From the IMG/VR virus record IMGVR_UViG_3300037297_000342: a stretch of 18,457 nucleotides of DNA; one strand, written 5' to 3'. The notes under the pieces were generated by a model. That model worked only from the letters and a program-made list of their open reading frames with translations. It had not been told where the DNA came from and did no database searches. Both the position numbers and the translations under genes were made by a program. Shown here piece after piece: positions 7,524 through 13,150 of the stretch. How positions within the stretch are numbered: the first letter of the stretch is position 1; each line of letters begins with the position of its first letter. The stretch is from a virus.

Positions 7524-8246
7524 ATGAGTAACGGAGGAGGATTCCTTCCCATCAACCTCAACAACGTGCAGCCGGCCGTCGGGTTCGACTACCCGCCGGG
7601 TCTGTACATGTTCCAGGTCGAGTCGACCGAGATCCGGACCAACAACGATGGCTCCGGGCAGCGTCTGCTCGTCAACAACACCATCGTCATGGGCCCGGGC
7701 CCGTCGACGCAGTTCCAGGGACGGAAGCTGGCCAACAGCTACCAGCTCTCGGAGAAGGGTGCGCCCTTCCTGAAGCGCATGTTCCTGTCCTGCGGCATCA
7801 CCGACGAGTTCATCGCCCAGAACGGCGGGAACGTCCAGGCCGAGTGGCTGCACGGGCGCCAGTACGTGGCCCAGGTCATCAAGCAGGGCACCTACACCAA
7901 CATCACCAACGAGCGTCCGCTCAGCGAGTGGGACGCGGCGGTGAAGCAGGGCGGCGGCAACAGCGGGCAGGTCCAGCAGCCGGGCACCACCCCGGCGGCC
8001 CAGCCCTCCCTGCTCCAGCCGGTCGCGGCCCCCGCCGCCGCCCCGGCGCCCGTGGCCCAGCCGCAGCCGGTCGCGCAGCCCATGGCCCAGCCCATGGCCC
8101 AGCCGCAGATGGCCGCCCCGGTGGCCCAGCCGGCCCCCGTGGCGCAGCCGCAGCTGCCCCAGCCCCAGGCCGCCATGCCGGCCCCGCAGGCCGCCCCGGC
8201 GGGGATCCCCGCCCCGGCGCCCCCTCCGGGCAAGGTGGGCCAGTAG
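7524..8246 (+). CDS. DUF669-like phage ssDNA-binding protein (Sak4 partner) with long P/A/Q-rich C-terminal tail
   Basis: SD AAGGAGA at 7511-7517, 6 nt before the ATG. An N-terminal globular part of about 150 aa is followed by a roughly 90-aa low-complexity tail (PVAQPQPVAQPMAQPMAQPQ...). The assignment rests on position after Sak4 and the domain architecture; I could not run a similarity search. Confidence 0.55.
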   Translation: MSNGGGFLPINLNNVQPAVGFDYPPGLYMFQVESTEIRTNNDGSGQRLLVNNTIVMGPGPSTQFQGRKLANSYQLSEKGAPFLKRMFLSCGITDEFIAQNGGNVQAEWLHGRQYVAQVIKQGTYTNITNERPLSEWDAAVKQGGGNSGQVQQPGTTPAAQPSLLQPVAAPAAAPAPVAQPQPVAQPMAQPMAQPQMAAPVAQPAPVAQPQLPQPQAAMPAPQAAPAGIPAPAPPPGKVGQ

Positions 8247-8265
8247 TAGTCTGACCTGAAGGCAA

Positions 8266-8332
8266 CGACCCGGGGCGGGTCAACAAAGCCACCAAACATA
8301 CATACGAGTGCATCCCGCCCCGGGTCGTTTTT
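8266..8332 (+). terminator. Putative rho-independent terminator: 14-bp perfect GC-rich stem (8266-8279 / 8314-8327), unusually large 34-nt loop, then TTTTT (8328-8332)
   Basis: cgacccggggcggg ... cccgccccgggtcg followed by ttttt, 20 nt after the SSB-like gene stop (8246). Confidence 0.5.
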
Positions 8333-8381
8333 CGATGTGGGCAGACGCTCGGCGTCTGCCTGCAGCGCCAAGGAGGAAGCC

Positions 8382-8879
8382 ATGCTCAAGGGCACCGTCA
8401 TCGTCATCTTCGAGGACGACAAGGATGAAGAGGGCAAGCAGCAGGACATCCGCAAGGGTGCCATCCGGCACTCCATCGACTCGCTGCGAAGCGAGGCGCA
8501 CAAGGAGGCCCTGAAGGCTGACATGGTGGTCTGGGTGGAGCAAGACGGCACCCCGCAGATCATCAAGAGTCGCAACACCAAGGTGCAGGCTCGTCTCGAG
8601 GATCTGCGCAAGCAGATGCAGGAGCACGCCTCGGTCTGCTACGCCCGATCGGCAGGGATGGGCAAGGCGGTGCTCATGGTGCACGGCAAGGAGGAAAAGG
8701 GCATCGAGTTCATCTTCGAGCAGAAGACGGTGCTGCAGGTGACACCCAAGGGCTGCTTCATCGAAGGCAGACCCGTCGACGTGGGCGACATCGAGGAGCA
8801 CGATCAGGCCGTCTACAAGACCTTCAAGCAGTGGCTGCAGAACGCGCCACGACCGGCAGAGACCAATGACCCAGCATGA
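8382..8879 (+). CDS. hypothetical protein
   Basis: SD AGGAGG at 8371-8376. High GC3. 'MLKGTVIVIFEDDKDEEGKQQDIRKG...'. No recognisable domain. Confidence 0.6.
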   Translation: MLKGTVIVIFEDDKDEEGKQQDIRKGAIRHSIDSLRSEAHKEALKADMVVWVEQDGTPQIIKSRNTKVQARLEDLRKQMQEHASVCYARSAGMGKAVLMVHGKEEKGIEFIFEQKTVLQVTPKGCFIEGRPVDVGDIEEHDQAVYKTFKQWLQNAPRPAETNDPA

Positions 8880-9054
8880 AGTGGACAGCAGCCGCATCCG
8901 CGTTTGCGTGCAATGCAAGAACGAGTGGGAGTTCACTGAGAAGGAGGAGCGCTTTCTCCGCGAGAAGTTCGGCGTCGGCTTCAAGGAGCCTCGACGCTGC
9001 ATCCCCTGTCGCAAGGCTAACCGTGAGGCCGAGGACTCCAGAGGCAACCGCTGA
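8866..9054 (+). CDS. small zinc-ribbon protein (CxxC...CxxC)
   Basis: 62 aa. 'CVQCKNEW...(24 aa)...CIPCRK'. Overlaps the upstream gene by 14 nt and the downstream gene by 1 nt (TGATG). Confidence 0.45.
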   Translation: MTQHEVDSSRIRVCVQCKNEWEFTEKEERFLREKFGVGFKEPRRCIPCRKANREAEDSRGNR

Positions 9055-9629
9055 TGCCCATGCAGCTCCCAGGCTTGCAGTACGGCCGGCCTGCGGGCAA
9101 GTACCAACATGGTCTGCTGGCGCAGCCCAACTGCGCCGAGTGCCCCCTGATGATGGACACCAAGGTCTACCCGGACGGCCCGGTGCCGGCGAGGTTGGCC
9201 TTCGTGGGTGAGGAGCCAGGCGACACCGAGATCGCAGAGGGTCGCGGCTTCATCGGTCCCTCCGGGCAGCTGCTCTGGCACCTGGCTGCCCACGTCGGCA
9301 TCGATCGCAGTGAGGTCTGGGTCTCGAACGCGGCGCTGTGCAAGGCGCGCAAGATCTTCCTGTCCAACGGCGCCGTGATCCCTCTGCCGGTGGTCAAGGC
9401 CATGGCGGCGCAGGCGTGTCGGTCGAGGCTGATCAACGAGCTCATCGGAGTGGACCCCGTGGTCATCGTGCCCCTGGGCAACTGGGCACTGTGGGCGCTA
9501 TCAGACATCCCCAAGGCGAGGATCTACGGCTATCGAGGCTCACGTCTCGAGGTGGACCTGAAAATCCTCGCAGACCGAATCGCACGGGGCATGACCCAGG
9601 CGCCCATCCGGCAGGTGCAGAATGCCTAA
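9054..9629 (+). CDS. uracil-DNA glycosylase superfamily, family-4-like (UDG-like) protein
   Basis: Family-4 motif A 'GEEPGDTEIAEGRGFIGPSGQLL'. N-terminal Cys pair 'NCAECPL' plus later Cys residues, consistent with the Fe-S family-4 fold. 191 aa. Confidence 0.7.
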   Translation: MPMQLPGLQYGRPAGKYQHGLLAQPNCAECPLMMDTKVYPDGPVPARLAFVGEEPGDTEIAEGRGFIGPSGQLLWHLAAHVGIDRSEVWVSNAALCKARKIFLSNGAVIPLPVVKAMAAQACRSRLINELIGVDPVVIVPLGNWALWALSDIPKARIYGYRGSRLEVDLKILADRIARGMTQAPIRQVQNA

Positions 9630-9849
9630 GATGCGCCTGATCGCCGTGGAGGAGCCGCAGTTCCGCGACCGCTGGCGCATCGGCATCTCCGGGGCGAACG
9701 GGGGGAATGGGCGTGTGCCAGGCTGGGAGAACGCCAGGTTCTACTCCTACTCGGCCTGCGCCACGGCCATCGACTGGATCGAGAAGTTCGGCGGTTCGTA
9801 TGCCGCCTATCTATCGTGGAAGAAACAACATCGAGGTAAAGGAGAGTAG
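9622..9849 (+). CDS. hypothetical small protein
   Basis: 75 aa. High GC3. Fills the gap between the UDG-like gene and the MVP-like gene. Alternative start at ATG 9631. Confidence 0.4.
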   Translation: MPKMRLIAVEEPQFRDRWRIGISGANGGNGRVPGWENARFYSYSACATAIDWIEKFGGSYAAYLSWKKQHRGKGE

Positions 9850-9853
9850 AGCA

Positions 9854-12424
9854 ATGGAAGAATCGGAGCGCAGAGGCAAGATCCTGGTGGTGCCTCCTGG
9901 CTCGTTCGCCTACGTGTTGGACGAGAACAAGGGCGACATCACCACCTTCGTCGGACCGCAGAAGAAGGACCTGACGGCGCAGGACATCCCGGTCGTCTTC
10001 GACGCCGACGAGGACGAGTTCCGCAGGGTGTCCATGAAGGAGGCCATCATCCCGCTCTACCGGGCCGAGGTGGACTCCTACATCATCCTGGAGAACCCCG
10101 CGGTGAGGGGCGAGCACCCCGTGGAGGGCAAGAGCACCAACGAGGCCGAGCGCCTGCGCCACGGCGTGAAGGAGAACGTCCCCGGGCCGTGCGCCTTTGC
10201 CCTGTGGCCGGGCGAGGTGGCCACCGTGGTGCCGGGGCACCGTCTGCGCCGGAACCAGTACCTCTACGTCCGCATCTACGACGCGGAGGAGGCCAACAAG
10301 AACCCCAACGCCGTCTACGGCGGCCAGGCGCCACCGGTTCGTGAGGGAGAGAACCCCGAGGGCTTCTTCGTCGGCCAGGAGATCAAGATCACGGGCGAGG
10401 ACGTGAGCTTCTACATGCCGCCGACAGGCGCTGAGGTCGTGCCGGTGGACGCGAACAACGAGGAGTACGTCCGCGACGCCGAGACCCTGCAGAAGCTGGA
10501 GTACGCGGTGCTCGTCTCGGACAAGGGCGAGAAGCAGTACTGCTACGGCGAGAGCGTCGTCTACCCCGACCCGTACCAGCACTTCGAGGTGCGCGAGGGC
10601 AAGCGCAAGTTCCGGGCCATCGAGCTCTCGGAGATCTCCGGCGTCTACGTCAAGGTCATCAAGCCCTACGAGGAGAACGGCCACCAGTACAAGGAGGGCG
10701 ACGAGCTCTTCATCACGGGCGCAGAGAAGACCATCTACTTCCCGCGTCCCGAGCACGCCGTCATCAAGTACGGCAAGGAGACCCGCCACTTCGCCGTGGC
10801 CATCCCGCCTGGAGAGGGCCGCTACGTTCTCGACCGGATGAGCGGCGAGATCAAGATCGAGCGGGGCCCCCAGATGCTGCTGGCGGACCCTCGCACCCAC
10901 GTCATCACCAAGCGAGTCCTCACCGACTCCGAGTGCCGGCTGCTCTACCCCGGAAACGACGAGGCCCTCGAGTACAACCGCAGCCTGCGCCGAGCCCTGA
11001 GCACGACCATGGAGGACGCCGACGCCGCCATCTCCGCGGAGATGGTCGCCTCGCTGTCCAACGTCGGCGGCGGCACGGTGGGCCAGGCCATGTACTCCTC
11101 GGCGCTGGCTCCCGACCGGGCCACGGCGATGGGCGACATGCTGCTGAAGTCGCCCTCATCCGAGGTGGTCGGCGACTCCTTCGACCGGAAGGTCAAGCAC
11201 ACCAAGCCGCGCACGGTCATCCTCGACACCAAGTACGAGGGCGTGGTCACGGTCAAGGTCTGGAACGGCTACGCCGTCCAGGTGGTCAACCGGGCCGGGG
11301 AACGGCGCGTGGAGCGCGGCCCCAAGACGGTCCTGCTCGAGTACGACGAGACGCTGGAGAAGCTCTCCCTGTCCACGGGGAAGCCCAAGAACACCGACAA
11401 CAACATCGAGACGGACTACCTCAAGGTCACCGGCAACTATGTGACCGATGTCATCATCGACATGGAGACCGCCGAGATGGTGCCCGTCGAGGCCAAGGTC
11501 AAGTTCAAGGTGGACTTCGAGGGTGACGAGAACGAGTGGTTCAACGTCGACAACTACGTCAAGCTGCTCTACGACCGGGCTCGGTCCATCATCAAGGCGG
11601 CCATCAACAGGACTCCTGTCGGCGTCCTGCGCAACGAGAAGGCAGCGGTCATCCGCGACGCCATCCTGGGCAAGAAGCCCGAGGATGGAAGTGAGCGCAA
11701 GGGCCTGGCCTTCGCCGAGAACTCGATGCGGGTGACGGACGTCGACGTCCTGAGCCTGAAGATCAACGACGAGGAAGTCGCCGGGATGCTGGCCGAGGCC
11801 CAGCGCGCCAGCCTGAAGGGCATGGCCCGGGTGGCCCAGCGCGAGGCCGAGCTGGCGAACCAGACCCGTCTGGAGGAGATCGACCGGTTGCTGGCCGAGG
11901 CGGCCCACATCACGGCCACGCGCAAGCTGGAGCTGCAGGAGCAGCACAAGGACGAGACTCAGAAGGCGCTGATGGCCGAGGAGACCCGCAAGAAGGCCTA
12001 CGAGGAGACCCGGGACGCCCGGGCGCTCGCCGGCCGGGAGCGTCAGCTGGAGCTCGAGGGCAAGGTCCGCGAGGGCCTGCTGGCCGACCACGAGCTCGCG
12101 ATGCAGAAGGCCAGGGAGCAGCAGACCCTGGCGCTGGAGAACCTGAAGGCCCAGGTGCAGGCAGTGATCGACAAGGCCCAGGCCATGGACCCGCACGTCG
12201 CGGTGGCCCTGGAGCGGCTGACGGACGAGGTGTTCCTGCGCGGCATCACCGAGGGTTTCGGGGAGTGGGCGGCAGTCAAGGGTATCGGCTTGGCCGAGGC
12301 GGCCAAACAGGTCCTCGACTTCATGCCTGAGGGCAAGTTCGAGGTGCTCAGGCACATCGGACAGGCCGGGACGAGGAGCGGCAACGGGGAGGGCGAGCCC
12401 CGCGTGCCACGCCGTCACGGCTAG
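9854..12424 (+). CDS. Major Vault Protein (MVP) homologue: MVP repeat domains + SPFH-like shoulder + cap-helix coiled coil
   Basis: SD AAGGAGAG at 9838-9845. N-terminal 'ILVVPPGSFAYVLDENKGDITTFVGPQK' matches MVP repeat 1 '[28 protein letters not shown]'. A second copy 'IPPGEGRYVLDRMSGEIKIERGPQ' occurs. 'VTDVIIDMETAE' matches MVP 'FTDVITIETAD'. 'FAENSMRVTDVDVLSLKINDEEVAGMLAEAQRASL' matches the MVP shoulder '[33 protein letters not shown]'. A coiled-coil stretch of more than 130 aa (ELANQTRLEEIDRLLAEA...KAQVQAVIDKAQ) corresponds to the cap-helix. 857 aa versus about 860-890 aa for eukaryotic MVP. Confidence 0.8.
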   Translation: MEESERRGKILVVPPGSFAYVLDENKGDITTFVGPQKKDLTAQDIPVVFDADEDEFRRVSMKEAIIPLYRAEVDSYIILENPAVRGEHPVEGKSTNEAERLRHGVKENVPGPCAFALWPGEVATVVPGHRLRRNQYLYVRIYDAEEANKNPNAVYGGQAPPVREGENPEGFFVGQEIKITGEDVSFYMPPTGAEVVPVDANNEEYVRDAETLQKLEYAVLVSDKGEKQYCYGESVVYPDPYQHFEVREGKRKFRAIELSEISGVYVKVIKPYEENGHQYKEGDELFITGAEKTIYFPRPEHAVIKYGKETRHFAVAIPPGEGRYVLDRMSGEIKIERGPQMLLADPRTHVITKRVLTDSECRLLYPGNDEALEYNRSLRRALSTTMEDADAAISAEMVASLSNVGGGTVGQAMYSSALAPDRATAMGDMLLKSPSSEVVGDSFDRKVKHTKPRTVILDTKYEGVVTVKVWNGYAVQVVNRAGERRVERGPKTVLLEYDETLEKLSLSTGKPKNTDNNIETDYLKVTGNYVTDVIIDMETAEMVPVEAKVKFKVDFEGDENEWFNVDNYVKLLYDRARSIIKAAINRTPVGVLRNEKAAVIRDAILGKKPEDGSERKGLAFAENSMRVTDVDVLSLKINDEEVAGMLAEAQRASLKGMARVAQREAELANQTRLEEIDRLLAEAAHITATRKLELQEQHKDETQKALMAEETRKKAYEETRDARALAGRERQLELEGKVREGLLADHELAMQKAREQQTLALENLKAQVQAVIDKAQAMDPHVAVALERLTDEVFLRGITEGFGEWAAVKGIGLAEAAKQVLDFMPEGKFEVLRHIGQAGTRSGNGEGEPRVPRRHG

Positions 12425-12430
12425 CAGCAC

Positions 12431-12463
12431 GGGCCGGCGGGCCAGTTGCTGGTCCGCCGGCCC
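12431..12463 (+). terminator. GC-rich hairpin immediately after the MVP-like stop (about 13/14-bp stem gggccggcgggcca / tggtccgccggccc, 4-nt loop), no U-tract; possible intrinsic terminator or mRNA-stabilising 3' stem-loop
   Basis: Seen in sequence 7 nt after the TAG at 12422-12424. Confidence 0.4.
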
Positions 12464-12479
12464 ACTGGAGATACAGACG

Positions 12480-12707
12480 ATGAACGTGCACATGCTGATC
12501 GAACAGCTGCAACGGTACGACAAGAACATGGAGGTGGGCGTCCAGCTCCGCGTGAGCAAGGAGCCCGAGGAGTTCGTCGCTGGCCGGGTGACCGGATGCT
12601 CCCAGATCCAGGACATCGATGGGCAGAAGACCCACGTCGTGCTGGTCTGCGAAGGTAAGTATCCAGTGAAGCGCACCGAGCGCTCGACAGGTTTGGAGCG
12701 CAGGTAG
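12480..12707 (+). CDS. hypothetical protein
   Basis: 75 aa. GGAGA SD-like element upstream. High GC3. Its stop overlaps the next start. Confidence 0.45.
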   Translation: MNVHMLIEQLQRYDKNMEVGVQLRVSKEPEEFVAGRVTGCSQIQDIDGQKTHVVLVCEGKYPVKRTERSTGLERR

Positions 12708-13150
12708 TGGCCTTCACCTGTCCAAAGTGCGGCATGACCTCGCACCATCCGAAGGATGAGGAGTTCGGCTACTGCGGCAACTGCCACGAGTTCACCGGGC
12801 GCAAGCCGCAGCCCTTGCGCATCGTGGACTATTTCCACCTCATGCACCCATCGGTGCCACGTGAGACCTGGGAGCAGATGCGCAAGCTGGCCGAGACACT
12901 CAAGGGCCTGGCCGAGGAGTGGGCGGCCAAGGGCGGTAGGTTCATCTGGCCGCACGAGCTGCCTGACCCGCCGCCCACCGTCACGCTGACTCCATACTTC
13001 GCGAACCCCGGGGGCATCACGATGCCCCGGGCGACGCTGGAGGAGGCTGCCGAGCTGCGCTTCGTCACCGACAAGGGCCGCCTCGGCACCGCGGTGGAGG
13101 TCATGATCGACCAGATGCTACCGAAGGAGTTCGAGCCAGACGAGGAGTGA
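12707..13150 (+). CDS. zinc-ribbon domain protein (CPKCG...HH...YCGNCHEF)
   Basis: 'MAFTCPKCGMTSHHPKDEEFGYCGNCHEF' is an N-terminal C4/C2HC zinc ribbon. 147 aa. Its stop overlaps the polymerase start. Confidence 0.55.
   Translation: MAFTCPKCGMTSHHPKDEEFGYCGNCHEFTGRKPQPLRIVDYFHLMHPSVPRETWEQMRKLAETLKGLAEEWAAKGGRFIWPHELPDPPPTVTLTPYFANPGGITMPRATLEEAAELRFVTDKGRLGTAVEVMIDQMLPKEFEPDEE

Noticed and set aside
7980-8220. Tandem-repeat DNA (gcccagccc/atggcccag units), considered as a possible non-coding repeat or CRISPR-like array.
   Set aside because: The repeats are in-frame codons for the P/A/Q-rich tail of the SSB-like protein. There are no spacer-repeat periodicity and no cas genes.
8337-8381. 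Upstream in-frame extension of gene 8382 (ORF track start 8337).
   Set aside because: The extension covers the 9-bp hairpin and has no SD, whereas ATG 8382 has a perfectly spaced AGGAGG.
11156-12955. 599-aa ORF on the - strand antisense to the MVP-like gene. The same applies to the similar long antisense or alternate-frame ORFs at 9626..10900(-), 4537..6024(-), 13501..14448(-), 6308..7261(-), 8280..9293(-), 7892..8611(-), 29..886(+) and 3179..4135(+).
   Set aside because: High-GC DNA keeps non-coding frames open. Their translations are low-complexity (R/G/A/P/L-rich), have no SD and no domain signatures. Each overlaps a gene with clear conserved motifs on the other strand or frame.
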